A DNA stretch of 64,000 nucleotides, taken from NCBI GenBank assembly GCA_965248925.1, contig CBDFLE010000006.1, positions 4,864,001-4,928,000 on the forward strand, in the 5' to 3' direction. The translations under genes and the position numbers were made by a program. This DNA comes from Candidatus Multivoradales bacterium (GTDB lineage Bacteria; Acidobacteriota; Thermoanaerobaculia; Multivoradales; J023). The notes under the pieces are model-generated. The model searched no databases. It worked only from the letters and a program-made list of their open reading frames with translations, and was not told the origin of the DNA. Shown here in pieces: positions 29,026-40,700 of the stretch (the first letter of the stretch is position 1; each line of letters begins with the position of its first letter).

Positions 29026-29628
29026 ATGGATTCCACACCCCCTAACAAGCCCAAGACACCTCCTGCCGAGCCGGTAGATCTCACCGAGCTGCTACTGGCT
29101 TGGGGAGAGGGCGACTCTGGGGCGCGGGACCAGTTGATGGCCGAGGTCAACGGCCAGTTGCGGGTGCAGGCCCGAGGCCAGTTGGCCCGCGAGCGTTCCG
29201 GCCACACTCTGCAGCCAACGGCGCTGGTCAACGAAGTCTATCTCCGCTTGGTCGATCGCGATCGGGTGCAGTGGCGCAATCGGGCCCATTTCTTTGGCTT
29301 TGCCGCCCAGACCATGCGACGGATCTTGGTCGATCACGCGCGGATCAGGAACGCCCAGAAGCGGGGGGCGGGGTGGGTGGTGGTGGCGCTCGAAGATGTT
29401 GGCGAGATCGCCCAGAAGTCGACCGTGGATTTGTTGGCCCTCGACGACCTGCTGGCGGTACTCGCCGCCCGCAGTCGGCGCCAGGCCAAGATCGTCGAGC
29501 TGCGCTTTTTCGGCGGCCTGACCCTTGAGGAAACTGCCGCTGTCCTCGGTATCAGCGCCTCACTGGTGAGCAGCGATTGGACTTTGGCCAGAACCTGGCT
29601 CTACCGTGAGCTGCGCGGCGAGTCGTGA
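29026..29628 (+). CDS. ECF sigma-70 factor (TIGR02999-like)
   Basis: HTLQPTALVNEVYLRL, WRNRAHFF, MRRILVDHAR, VELRFFGGLT.EE. Confidence 0.93.
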   Translation: MDSTPPNKPKTPPAEPVDLTELLLAWGEGDSGARDQLMAEVNGQLRVQARGQLARERSGHTLQPTALVNEVYLRLVDRDRVQWRNRAHFFGFAAQTMRRILVDHARIRNAQKRGAGWVVVALEDVGEIAQKSTVDLLALDDLLAVLAARSRRQAKIVELRFFGGLTLEETAAVLGISASLVSSDWTLARTWLYRELRGES

Positions 29629-32381
29629 ATCCCGAACGCTGGCAGCAGGTGCAGGATTTATTCTCCGCCGCTCTCGTGCTAGAGGTCGAGAGTCGCGGGT
29701 TCGTCGCCGCCCAGGCCGGTGAGGATCATCAGCTGCGGGACGAGGTGCTGTCGTTGTTGGCCGCTCACGCTCAGGCCGCTGAGACCACATTTCTTGCCCA
29801 TCCCACGGCCACTGGCGGCCCGGTCGGTGACTTGCCCCAGGACCTGCCGGAGATCGAGCGCTACCATTGGATCGGCCGCCTGGGGGAAGGCGGTATGGGT
29901 ACCGTGTACCTGGCGGTGCGGTCTGACGACGCTTACCAGCAGCAGGTGGCGATCAAATTGCTGCGCCGCGACCTCGATCGTCAGGGGTTGATTCGCCGTT
30001 TCCATCGTGAGCGGCAGATCCTGGCCGAACTCGATCACCCCAACATTGCTCGTCTGCTCGACGGCGGCACGGCTTCGGACGGCCGTCCTTACTTGGTGAT
30101 GGAGTACGTCGCCGGCTGGCCGATCGATGTCTATTGTCAACAGCACCAACTCGGCATCGAAGACCGGCTGCGGCTGGTGGGCAAGGTCTGTTCGGCGGTG
30201 CATGCCGCCCATCAGCGGCTGATCGTGCATCGCGATCTCAAACCGGCCAACATCCTGGTCAACGCCGAAGGCGAGCCCAAACTGCTCGACTTTGGCATCG
30301 CCAAAGCGCTCGATCCAGCGCATCAGACGAGCGGCGCAGAGACTGTTCCGGGGCGCATGCCGATGACCCCCGAGTACGCCAGCCCGGAGCAGATGCGCGG
30401 CTTGACGGTGACCACGGTCAGCGACATATATTCTCTGGGGGTGCTGCTCTACGAGCTGCTCACCAGCCGCCGGCCGCTGGCGGTGGCGGTCCTGCCGGCC
30501 GAGCGTGCCCTGCGGCGCTTGTTGGAGGATATTCCCACCCGGCCCTCGACCGTTATCGCATCGCTGGCGGAGGAGGCTGAAGGCACCCCGGCCGCGGTGG
30601 ACGATTGGCTGGGAGAAGCGGGCTCTCGGCGCCGATCTGGGTGGGCGAAGCGGCTGATCGGCGATCTCGACAGCATCGTGCTGACCGCGCTGGCCAAAGA
30701 GCCTGGACGGCGCTATGGCTCCGCCGAGGCGCTGGCAGAGGATCTCGATCGCCACTTGCAAGGTTTGCCGGTGGTGGCGCGAGGCAACTCCCGGACCTAC
30801 CTGGTGGGTCGCTTTGTCCGCCGCCACCGCTCGCCGGTGGCCATAGCTCTGGTGGCCTTGCTCGGGCAGACCGCGGTGATGGTCGGCTTGGCATTGCAGC
30901 GGGCCGAAACCCTGCGCCAGCGGGACCGGGCCAGCGCCGTGACCGAGACTCTGGTGGAGATCTTCGATAAGGCCGATCCCGGCCACGCTCGCGGTGCCAC
31001 CTTGACCGCGCGCTCGGTGCTCGACAGTGGACGGCAGCGCATCGCAGGGTTGGCCGATCAGCCCCAACTGCAAGCGGACTTGCAGCTCACCATGGGTCGG
31101 GTGTACACCAGTTTGGGATTGTTGCCGCCGGCCTTGGAGCTGCTCGGCGAGGCCCTCGACACTCGGCGTCGTCAGCACCAGGGCGACCATCGTGAAGTGG
31201 CCGAGGCTGCCGAGCTGCTGGCTCAGGCGCTGCACGATGCTGATCGCAGCGCAGAAGCCAGCCAGCTGCTCAGCGAAGCGCTGGCGATGCGCCGCCGGCT
31301 GCACGGACACAGCGATGGCCGAGTGGCCGAGTCGCTGTTGCTGCTGGGCACGGCGCTTCATCGGCAAGGAGAGTACGGCCTTGCCCGGCAGCACTATGCC
31401 GAAGCGGTGGAGATTCGGCGCCGCGGAACGGATGTCGAAGCCCTGGGACGAACCTTGAATGCTCTCGGAACCTTCGAGCGCGACCTGGGCGACTACTCGC
31501 GGGCCGAAATGCTGCATCGCGAAGCGGTGGCCCTGCTGGAACTGGAGAGATCGGCCGCGGCCGAACCTGAGCTGGCTTGGGCGCTGGCTAACCTCGGCAC
31601 TGCTTTGCGGCGCCAAGCCAGCTACGATCAAGCAGAGCAGTGCTACCAGCGGGCCGAGCAGATCCAGCGCCGGCTCTACCATGAGCCCCATCAGGTGCTT
31701 GCCTACACCCTCGATCAGTTCGGCCTGCTGCGCTTGTCCCAGTCGCGGCTCGACGCTGCCGAGGGGCTGCTGCAAGAAGCGCTGAGGATGCATCTCGTGG
31801 TCTTTGGCGACGACCATGCGAGGGTTGCTGATAGTCGCGCCAACCTGGCCAAGGTGGCTCTGGTGAGGGGTGATCTCGAGGCTGCCCAGGAAGGCTTTGG
31901 TGCAGCCTTGAAAATGCTGCGAGAAGTGCTCCCGGCCGGCCACAAGGACCTGGCGACAGCGATGAATCATCACGCCGATGTGCTGGTTCACCAGGGTGAG
32001 TTCAAAGCCGCCGAAGAGCTGTTCGAAGAGGCGTTGGCGATCGAGCGCCGCCACTTTGGCGATCGCCACCGCTCGGTGGCCTTGATAATGAGCAACCTGG
32101 CCCGCAGCCTGAGTGCCCGCGGCGAGCACCGGCGGGCTGTCAGTCTGCGAGAAGAGTCCGTCGACATCTTGCGCCAGCACCTGGGTCCCGAGCACCCGGA
32201 CCTGGCCGCTCTGCTTTACAACCTGGGGGTCTCCTACCACTACGCTGGTGAGTTCGATGCAGCTGCGGAGCGCTACCGGCAGGCTCTGGCCATTGCCGAG
32301 CCAGCGCTGGGCGCCGAGCATTCTTTGGTGGTGGTGTTACACCAGGTCTTGGCCGATCTCGAAAGCGGTGGCGAGGGCTAG
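29625..32381 (+). CDS. Ser/Thr protein kinase with TM and TPR repeats
   Basis: GEGGMGTVY, HRDLKPANIL, DFG, TPEYASPEQ; TPR array; GTGA overlap with ECF. Confidence 0.95.
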   Translation: MNPERWQQVQDLFSAALVLEVESRGFVAAQAGEDHQLRDEVLSLLAAHAQAAETTFLAHPTATGGPVGDLPQDLPEIERYHWIGRLGEGGMGTVYLAVRSDDAYQQQVAIKLLRRDLDRQGLIRRFHRERQILAELDHPNIARLLDGGTASDGRPYLVMEYVAGWPIDVYCQQHQLGIEDRLRLVGKVCSAVHAAHQRLIVHRDLKPANILVNAEGEPKLLDFGIAKALDPAHQTSGAETVPGRMPMTPEYASPEQMRGLTVTTVSDIYSLGVLLYELLTSRRPLAVAVLPAERALRRLLEDIPTRPSTVIASLAEEAEGTPAAVDDWLGEAGSRRRSGWAKRLIGDLDSIVLTALAKEPGRRYGSAEALAEDLDRHLQGLPVVARGNSRTYLVGRFVRRHRSPVAIALVALLGQTAVMVGLALQRAETLRQRDRASAVTETLVEIFDKADPGHARGATLTARSVLDSGRQRIAGLADQPQLQADLQLTMGRVYTSLGLLPPALELLGEALDTRRRQHQGDHREVAEAAELLAQALHDADRSAEASQLLSEALAMRRRLHGHSDGRVAESLLLLGTALHRQGEYGLARQHYAEAVEIRRRGTDVEALGRTLNALGTFERDLGDYSRAEMLHREAVALLELERSAAAEPELAWALANLGTALRRQASYDQAEQCYQRAEQIQRRLYHEPHQVLAYTLDQFGLLRLSQSRLDAAEGLLQEALRMHLVVFGDDHARVADSRANLAKVALVRGDLEAAQEGFGAALKMLREVLPAGHKDLATAMNHHADVLVHQGEFKAAEELFEEALAIERRHFGDRHRSVALIMSNLARSLSARGEHRRAVSLREESVDILRQHLGPEHPDLAALLYNLGVSYHYAGEFDAAAERYRQALAIAEPALGAEHSLVVVLHQVLADLESGGEG

Positions 32382-32601
32382 TGGTTGTTTCGCCGCTGCT
32401 CCGATAACACATGTGCGTGAATTGTGTATGGCCTGAGCAGTGGATGTTCATCCCTGAGACTGTCGATCCCGAACTGGCTGCCCTTGATTCAATTAAGATG
32501 TTTGTTTTCGGCTAATTACAGAAGTAGGCTCAGAATAGGCATCCTCCTTGCGTTGGGTGAGTTCGTCGCGAGAGCGGCTGAACCCAAACAAGGAGGATCG
32601 C

Positions 32602-33270
32602 ATGAACTATTTCGGACGTTGGACACAAGCGGTGGTCTCGCGCATCGATCACCTGGTCACTCAGGTGGAGAATCACGAGAGCTTGGCCGAGAGCACTTTG
32701 CGCGACGTGCAGCGTTCCCTGGCGCGAGCGCGGGTGCGGCTGACTAAGGTGTTGCGAGATGGTCGGCGGTTGGAAGAGCAACGGCGCAGCGCCCAGCAAG
32801 ACGCACAAAAGTGGCAAGAGCGGGCCCTGGCGACGCCGGAGGATCAGAAATCGCGGGCCTTGGAGTGTCTCCGGCGAAGCCAGACCCTCGAACGGCATGC
32901 GGCCGATCTCGAAGTGCGGGTAGGTGAGCATCGGGTGGCCGAGAAGCGGCTGCAGCGCGACGTGGCGCGGGTAGAGACTCGCTTTTGCGAGCTGAAAGAG
33001 AAACTCAACCTGTTGCGCACCCGCCAGTCGCGAGCCGAGGCGCTGAGTGCCAGCCGGGTGGCCGATCAATGCGGCGGCCTGCGCCTCGACCAGGTTTTCG
33101 AACGCTGGGAGGAGCGCATCACCACTATCGAACTCGATGATGACGAGCCGACTTCGGCGACCGACAGTTTTGAAATGGACTTTCTTGAGCAGGAAGAACT
33201 GGGAAATCTCGAGGCTCAGCTCGAGGCCCTGCGCAGTGAACACTCAGCGGCGGGAGCGGCGGACTCATGA
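32602..33270 (+). CDS. PspA/IM30 family protein
   Basis: AAGGAGG RBS; coiled coil, ENHE.L, W.ERA..A.E.L.R, FERWEERI. Confidence 0.85.
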   Translation: MNYFGRWTQAVVSRIDHLVTQVENHESLAESTLRDVQRSLARARVRLTKVLRDGRRLEEQRRSAQQDAQKWQERALATPEDQKSRALECLRRSQTLERHAADLEVRVGEHRVAEKRLQRDVARVETRFCELKEKLNLLRTRQSRAEALSASRVADQCGGLRLDQVFERWEERITTIELDDDEPTSATDSFEMDFLEQEELGNLEAQLEALRSEHSAAGAADS

Positions 33271-34684
33271 ACCCCTACATCGATCCCGAGCCCACGGACT
33301 GTCGGCTGCTCGACACACCGCGCCCACAGGTCCCAGAAGATCCAATAGGTACCGAGGAGCTGAACATGAACCCTGCTACCAAGACCTTTGATTCCCTATC
33401 TCCCGAGACCGTGCCACCCAAGCAGAAAATGCAAGGGCTGTCGCGCCTACTGCGCATCGTCGGCGCCACTGTCTTGATGGCCGCTGCCTCGGTTTTTCTC
33501 TTTCAGCAATGGGGCGCGGGCAACGATGTGGCCCGTTACGCCAGCTTGGCGGGCATGACTCTGCTGATCAGCATCGCCGGCTTCCTCTGTGGCTCCAGAT
33601 TGGGTGAGAGCAAGAGTGCCCGCACTCTTCTCGGGCTGGTGCTCTCCGTGTGCCAGTGCATTTCGCGGTGCTGGGTGGTTTTGTCTACAGCCAGATCTCG
33701 TGGGATGGCTTGCCGATTTCGGTGCCTGCCTTTGCCGTTTGGACCATCGGTAGCCCGCTGGCAGCGGTGGGGCTAGCGGCGGCGGCCACCGCCATGCTGC
33801 TGCCGATTGCTTACTTGTCATTCATGACCTTGGCGCGAGCCCAGGCCAAGTATTTGACCTTGCTCTTCGGCGCTTGCAATCTGGCATTGTTGCTACCGCT
33901 GCGCTCTCCGGGGGGCATCGCCTTGGCGGCGGCGATTCAGGCTGGAGCGTTGATTCTGCACGAGCTTCAGCGAGTGCCGGGCCAAACCGCGATGCGAACT
34001 CCCGAAGGACGTTTCTGCCGTCTCTTGCTGACCGTGCCGCTGGCGATCATGGTTGGACGTTGTTTGATGTACGAGCCGTCGCTGGCGGTGGGCGGCGTAT
34101 TGATTTTGGCGGTCGCCTTGGCCGTCCACCGGCTTGCCGCGCGCTGGTCGTCGAAGCAGGAGATCCAGCTTTATCTACGTACCGGTGCCGCCCTGGCCGG
34201 CTGCCTTGGCTGGTTGGCGATCGTCGCTAGCATGTTCGATCGTTGGGCCTTCCCGGAGAGCTGGATACTGATGTTCTTTGCCCTGCCTTGCTCGGCTCTG
34301 CTGCTCGGCGCGGCGGCGGTGGGAGAGGGTGAGACCAAGGCCCTGCGTTTTCTTGCTCTGGCGGTGACGGCGGTCGGGGCGGCGTTCAACTTGGCTCTGT
34401 TGCCCAACGTTGGCACCGCTTTGGTGGCGGTGGGAGTCGGCATCGCGGTGCTCGCCTATGGTTATTGGGTGGGCAGCGGTCCTTTGATCGGTCTGGCGGC
34501 GGTGCTCGGCGGCTTTGGTGTGTGGATCGAGATGAAACTTGCGGTCGAGATCTTCGGCATCGGACGCTGGGGTGCTCTGGCGCTGCTCGGCATCGTGACC
34601 ATCTTGGCCAGCGCCGTGCTCGAACGCTACGGCGAGCAGCTGCGGACGGCCTTGCCGCGGCTGGTGGGGAAGCTCGGCAAATGA
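33267..34684 (+). pseudogene. Multi-pass membrane protein downstream of PspA, frameshift near 33650
   Basis: TM-rich 33267 frame (..LLGLVLSV) continues as PVHFAVLGG.. in the 33650 frame. Confidence 0.7.
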
Positions 34685-34731
34685 GGCTAGCGCGGCTGGA
34701 GCAGCTTGCTCACTGCTCCAGCTTGAGGCAT

Positions 34732-35844
34732 CTACGGTGTCGGCGCCCACTGAGCGGCGATCGAAGCGTGCACCGACCACAATTCAGGTAGCAAGCCGGT
34801 ACCCCAGAAGTAGTCGCCGTTGTTGGCGCTGGAACGCCAGTTGAACATCAACACGCCGACGTTGCGGGGATCGTTCAGCAGATAAGTGCTCCAGTTTTGA
34901 TTGGCAATGCCGATCTTCCACAGCGATTGGAAGGGTGGATGGTCGTCGGGGTTCGGTTGGTTGCCGACGGTCGAATTGGCTTTGGGGCAGTTGACTCCCC
35001 ACAGCGACTCGATGTTGGAGGATGACGGGGGCTGGGGAGCACAGAAACCCTTGAGCACGCCGATGGTCATCTGATGGGGAAACAAGGCCGCACTCAGCTT
35101 GGATGACACGTTGCTCCAGGGGTCGCTGCCGACATTCAAAGGATGGGAGGGTTGGCTCGGATTGAAGACATCGTAGGCGAAGTAGGCGATCACATCGAGA
35201 CCGCTGGGGAATTTTGCAGCTTGCTGACTGCCGATGCTGATGCCGTTAGTGACCGGAAAGCCTCTGCCAGAGCCGTTGAGACTGCCCAGATCATAGGCTG
35301 CCGCGATGTAGATCGGGCCGTAAGTAGCAACTTCGTCGAGCTTGGAGCGAACGTAGTTCGCAGCCACAGAGATCTTCCAACTCTGAACACAGTTGTTATT
35401 GACCTCTGGATGAACCGATAGCGCGATAACTTTCGGCGCACCTTGAAATATCGCAGCGTTAGTAGCGAAGAACTGATCCAAGCGATGCTGATAGTCCCCG
35501 CGCAGCGTGTAGTTGTTTTTGGTCTCCGACAATCCACCGCGCTCGTAGTGAGTACAGTTGATGCCGGAGACCTTAGTCGGGTTGAATATCAAGCCCAGGA
35601 TTCCAACAACCACTGGCCCGGAGAGGTTGCGGGCAGCGTTGACTTCTTGAACGATAGAAGTAGTGGGTTCGCCAGCAAATACGTGAGAAGTACTGACCTG
35701 GCCGATACTTGCGATCACTCCGTCAGCCCCGTCGAGTGGTGCCCTGAAAGTGTAGCCGAAGAATGAGTTTTGTGTTTGGCCGCTAGCCGTCATTGCGGCG
35801 CCGAGGCATGCCATAACGGCGATGATCTTGAAGACATTCTGCAT
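34732..35844 (-). CDS. Secreted hypothetical protein (possible TIM-barrel glycosidase-like)
   Basis: AAGGAG RBS, signal peptide, Asn-rich; HPE, DVIAYFAY, GVLMFNW spacing is only suggestive. Confidence 0.7.
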   Translation of the reverse strand: MQNVFKIIAVMACLGAAMTASGQTQNSFFGYTFRAPLDGADGVIASIGQVSTSHVFAGEPTTSIVQEVNAARNLSGPVVVGILGLIFNPTKVSGINCTHYERGGLSETKNNYTLRGDYQHRLDQFFATNAAIFQGAPKVIALSVHPEVNNNCVQSWKISVAANYVRSKLDEVATYGPIYIAAAYDLGSLNGSGRGFPVTNGISIGSQQAAKFPSGLDVIAYFAYDVFNPSQPSHPLNVGSDPWSNVSSKLSAALFPHQMTIGVLKGFCAPQPPSSSNIESLWGVNCPKANSTVGNQPNPDDHPPFQSLWKIGIANQNWSTYLLNDPRNVGVLMFNWRSSANNGDYFWGTGLLPELWSVHASIAAQWAPTP

Positions 35845-35991
35845 GATGAAGTACTCCTTGTCGGAAGTTTGTTGTTTGCCCTCGCCAGGAAACGCGCAGG
35901 AAAGTGGTAGATTCCCCAGAAATTCTGTGTCAGCAGAGAAGATGTCGAATCGCGCCTGCCGCCAGTCCCCGCGGCCGCGGTGGGTTTGCCG

Positions 35992-37505
35992 CTAGCTGCC
36001 GCCCAGGCTGGTGACCTCATCGATCACCACTCGATCGATGAGCAAGGTCGGATCACCTGTCGCCAGCTGCTCGATCACCAACTGGTGGGGTTCGGAAGAA
36101 TGCGGGATGAAGAGCTGGCTGGCGGTGATCTGCACGAAGGGAGTGGAATACACTTCCTTGGCATCGACCGCCGGTACGGCGATTCCGCTTTCGATTTCCA
36201 CCCCACCGAGTTCAATGCGCAGGATGGGTGTCGGATAGACGCACGGCGGGCTTGAGTTTCTGGCGTTGGCCCAGATCCGAACCCGGTACTTCTTGCCGTG
36301 TTCGAACCCCGGCACTAGCTGGGTGATCGAACTCTGCTGTTTGAGGAAACAGGCGAATATTCCATCCATCGGCTGACCATAGTCAAAGAAGGCATGGGGA
36401 ATACATCGCCGGTTTCTTGCTTGTCGATCCAGTTGCGGCACGTTTTGTTCGGATTGTCGACCGTCCATTCTGGCAGGGTCGTGCCTTCGCTGACTCGGCC
36501 TTGGGGTTGGCTTAGCTCGCCTTCTTCACAACTGTGGTTGACGGTGTCGACATCGGTGAAGTCGCCTTCCAGATAGTAGAGGGCCCAGGTCGAGCCCCGC
36601 AGGTCTTCCTCATTCTGATGATGACATCCCTTCTCGATGCCCCTTTCGCTGGTGCGCAGAAAGCCCTTGCCGGAGAGTAAGCCAAAACTTCTTTGCCCCT
36701 GAACATGTCCATAACTGTCGCTGACGAATGAGCCTGCCCCAGGTGCCGGGCAGAGGTATCCCGGATTGGCCTCAACTAGCAAGAAGTCGCTACTCGGGTT
36801 GGAGAAGGAGGCGGCTTGAAAATTCACACCATCGAGGGAGTACTCGAAGTATCTATGGGTCTCAAACAGAGTGCTTCCCACCCAGACGCCGACCTGGCCG
36901 TCGATTGGCGGCACGAAGTCGCCTTCGCCGGTTTCGTTGTACAACCGCCAGCCGTCGGTGGTCAACCGCGCCAAACAGACTTGAACGAAACTGGCGACGA
37001 AGGAACCCATGGGGTTGCCGCCGCCCGGTGGATGATTGGGGTTGTCGACGTCAAAGATTACGGGCGAGCATTCGTAGTAGAGCAGAGTCCAATCGGCTTC
37101 GTTCGACATCGGCCTGTCGATGATGGTTAGAGAACAGATGTTGAGGGCATCGAAGGGGTTATGTTTGGCCGGGTCGCCGCCAGCGGAATGGAGAGCGACT
37201 TGCGGGTCGAGTTCACTCTGGCCCGGCTGGACGGTCGCGGTGTAGATGGCATCGTGTCTCTGACCGTTGCTAGGGAACTCCTCAGAGCTGCACCACCAGG
37301 CGCTCAGGGAGCCGCCGGTGTTCCACCGTGCCGACCCTTGGTTGTCCGAGATTCCGACGTTGTCGATCAGTGGCTCATGCTGGCCGTGAGTTTCTTGAAA
37401 GAAGACCGGCGATGCTAAATCTTCAGCGTTGGCGGTCGTGTTGACCGCGAGCATGATCAGCAAGAGTCTGCTGATGATTCTGAGCGGTGGTCGTAGTTTC
37501 TTCAT
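35992..37505 (-). pseudogene. Secreted hypothetical protein, frameshift near 36400
   Basis: Signal peptide MKKLRPP..TTANA; protein-like sequence passes to the 35992-36468 frame (PHAFFDYG..YRVRIWANAR..). Confidence 0.55.
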
Positions 37506-37749
37506 GGTGTTTCTTCGGTTTTCATTCAAGGTTGCGCTCTGGCCTGCCGCTTCTCTCTAAGCAGGAGGATGAAGCGTGGTTGCGATAGAGAACGCGCAGA
37601 AACAGACCGTATTCCCTAGCGAAGATTGGCAGGTAGAGAAGAAGGCGAGGCGCCGGGGTGGGCTGGCGCTCGCCAGCAGCACGCTGCTATGGGTAAGCTC
37701 GGATGAAACGGGTTTGTGAGCAGAGTTGCCGGCCCAAAAAAGAGCGAAA

Positions 37750-40700
37750 ATGCCTCGGCCAGTCACTCCTCGGTCTAAACTCGACCTACCAATGCACTAC
37801 GATGCCTTCATCTCCTACGGTCATGGGGCCGGCGCGCGGCTGCCGCGGGCTCTGCAGTTGGCTTTGGAGCGCCTGGCGCGACCCTGGTACAAGCGCCGCG
37901 CGCTGCGAGTCTTTCGCGACGACACCGACCTCTCGGCCAGCCCTGGGCTGTGGACGGCAATTCAACGTGGGCTCGACCAAAGCAGCTACCTCATCTTGCT
38001 GGCTTCCACCGATGCGGCGCAGTCGACCTGGGTGCAGCGGGAAGTCGACCATTGGTTGCGCAGCGGTAGAGTTCAGCGTTTGCTGTTGGTGCTCTGTGAT
38101 GGCGAGATCAAGTGGAACCCAGCGGCGGTAGATTTCGATTGGCGTCGCACCACAGCGCTGCCGAAGGTGCTGCGCGGAGCATTTGAGGAAGAGCCGCTGT
38201 GGGTAGATCTACGTTGGGCGGCGGTGGATGCGGAACTGAGCCTGGCCAATCAAAACTTCAAGAACGACGCGGCCAGCATTGCCGCCCCTCTTCACGGCTG
38301 TTCCAAGGACGACTTGGTCGGTGGCGATCTGTTGCAGTATCGGCGACCTTGGTGGTGGGTTATCGGTGTGCTGGCGGTTTTGGGGTTGGTGGGCGTCCTG
38401 GGCGGATTCCAGTGGTTGGGCAAGGTCGCGGAACGCCAAGCCAAAGGGTGGCAAGAGCATGGTCGGCAGGTGGCACGGCTGGCGGCGGAGTCGCTGGCGG
38501 CCCAGGATGGTGATCTGGGCTTGCTGCTCGCTGTCGAGGCTGCTCGGCGGCAGCAGGAGATGGGGGTGCCGCAGCAGCTCGAAGTCGACCAGGCTCTGCG
38601 CCGGTCGTTGGCGGTGCGGCCGCGTCTCGAGGCCAGCTTGCGGCATCAGGTGGCGGTGCGGTCGATGGCCTTCGCCGCTGATGGCGAAAGCTTGGCCACC
38701 GCGGATGTGGGTGGTCAGCTGCGAGTTTGGCAGGCGAATGGCCGTGAGTTGGTGCGTTTGGAACACGGCAGTCCGGTGACCGCCTTGGCGTGGAGTGCCG
38801 AGGGCCGGTGGTTGGCCAGTGCCGATGAGCAGGGCACCGCCAGCGTTTGGCTGGCTGCAACCGGCAGTGAACGGATGCGTTTCGAAGCCGCCGACGGAGC
38901 GCGCATCTGGGATCTCGAGTTCAGCCCTGGCGCCGAGTATTTGGCCATCGCCAGTGCCGATCGGAGCGCAAGGGTATTCGATATCGCCAGCCGTTCTGAG
39001 GTCGCCCGCTTGCCTCATCCGTGGTCGGTCTTCCAGGTCAATTTTGTCGCCGCTCGCTCGTCGGAGAATCCCGGCGAGTGGCTGTTGACCCGTGCCGCTT
39101 CTCAATTGCGACTGTGGCGCTGGAGCCGCGGCCGCGAGCAATTCATCTTGTCGCCAGCGGACCCGGCGATCCAGGAAGTAGTGGCGGATGTCGACCCTAG
39201 CGGCGGCTTTCTGGCGCGTGCCATCCAAGTTACCGGAGGTCAGGAGACGACCCTCTACGAAATGCCCGGGGGACAGCGCTGGGGACACTTCGGGGATGAT
39301 TCCGGCGGTTCGGGGCAGGATGTCGAGTGGCAGCTTGGCAGCTCAATGACCGCGGAGCGCATCTCGTGGGGTTCGCGCGGCCGGCTGTTGGCGGTCGCCG
39401 GCAGGGTTGACGGGGCGGCGGTGGTGCTCGATGTGGAGCGCCTGGGCAGTGGGCGGGATCCGGTGGTCACCCGGCTGCGACCGCCAGAGGGCATCCGCGG
39501 TGTCGAGATGTTGCCGGGAGGCCGCTTGGTGACCCGCTCCGATCGGGCGGTGCGCATCTGGGAGACCGCCAGCGGCGCCATGTTGAGTGAGATTAGAGCG
39601 GCACCGGCGATCGACCAGATGATCGTGGCCTCGGCCGGGGAACGCTTGGCAGTGCGCTCTGGCAACACGGTCAGTGTTTGGCAGCTGCAAGGCTACCAAG
39701 AGCAGCTGAAGATCGCCGACCGGGCCCCCTGGCGGGATCTGTGGAGTTTTGACGGCCGCTTTCTCCTAGGTCAAGAGGGGACTCAGGAGATTACCCTGCG
39801 GGAGGCAGTCAGCGGCAATATCGCTGCCCGTCTGGCGGTGGACAGCGCGCTCTATGCGGGTGTGAAGGCGACCACCTTCAGTCCCGATGGGCGCTGGTTG
39901 GCGGCGGCGCTGGAGCAGGCGGTGGTCGTTTTCGACATGAGCAGCGGCCAGGCGGCGGCCCGCATTCAGCTGGCTGAGCAACCCTTGCGAGTGAGCTGGA
40001 GCGGCTCCGGCCGGTTGGCTTTGGTGACTCGCAACCAACTCGAATTCTGGGATGTGGTTTCGAATCAGCGGATTTTCCGCTTGCCGCTGCCGGCGGTACT
40101 CGGGGAGCTGGCCGCGAGTCCCGATGGACGCCGTCTGGCGTTGACTTTCGGTGATCATTTGCGGTTGATCGATACCGCGGATGGCCGCCAACTTGCCGCC
40201 TTGCCGTGGCTTGGCCAGGCGGGACTGATGACCTGGAATGTCGCCAGTGAGCGCCTGGCGACAGCCGACTCAGCTGGCTTGCGCCTGTGGGATGCGGAGG
40301 GTCGGCAGGTGGGTGAGTTCGAAGTTGTCGAAGCAGGCATTCTCGCCCTTGAGTTTTCCCCCGATGGCGAGCTCTTGGCCACCGGTTCCGAGTCTGGGGC
40401 GTTGGTGTTGTGGCGGGTTGCCGACGGGGTAGAAGTGCAACGAAGGCAGCTTGTGGGCCAGGTAGCAAGGCTCGATTTCAGCGCCGACGGCGCTTATCTG
40501 GCAAGCGCCGCGGGCGGCTTGCTGGAGAGCCGTGGTCAGGCTCAGATCTGGCAGGCCGAAGGGCTGCGTCCCCTAGCAGACCTCGAGCACTCGCGCGGGC
40601 TGCTGGCGATGGAATTCTCACCCGATGGACGCTGGCTGGCAACCCGCACCGCCGAGCCCATGTTGCGAGTCTGGGCGTGGCGGCCGGCAGACTTGATCGC

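Noticed and set aside
29679-32321. 880-aa antisense ORF over the kinase, and similar long shadow ORFs elsewhere
   Set aside because: Expected by-product of high-GC codon bias; no motifs; the opposite strand has a clear gene
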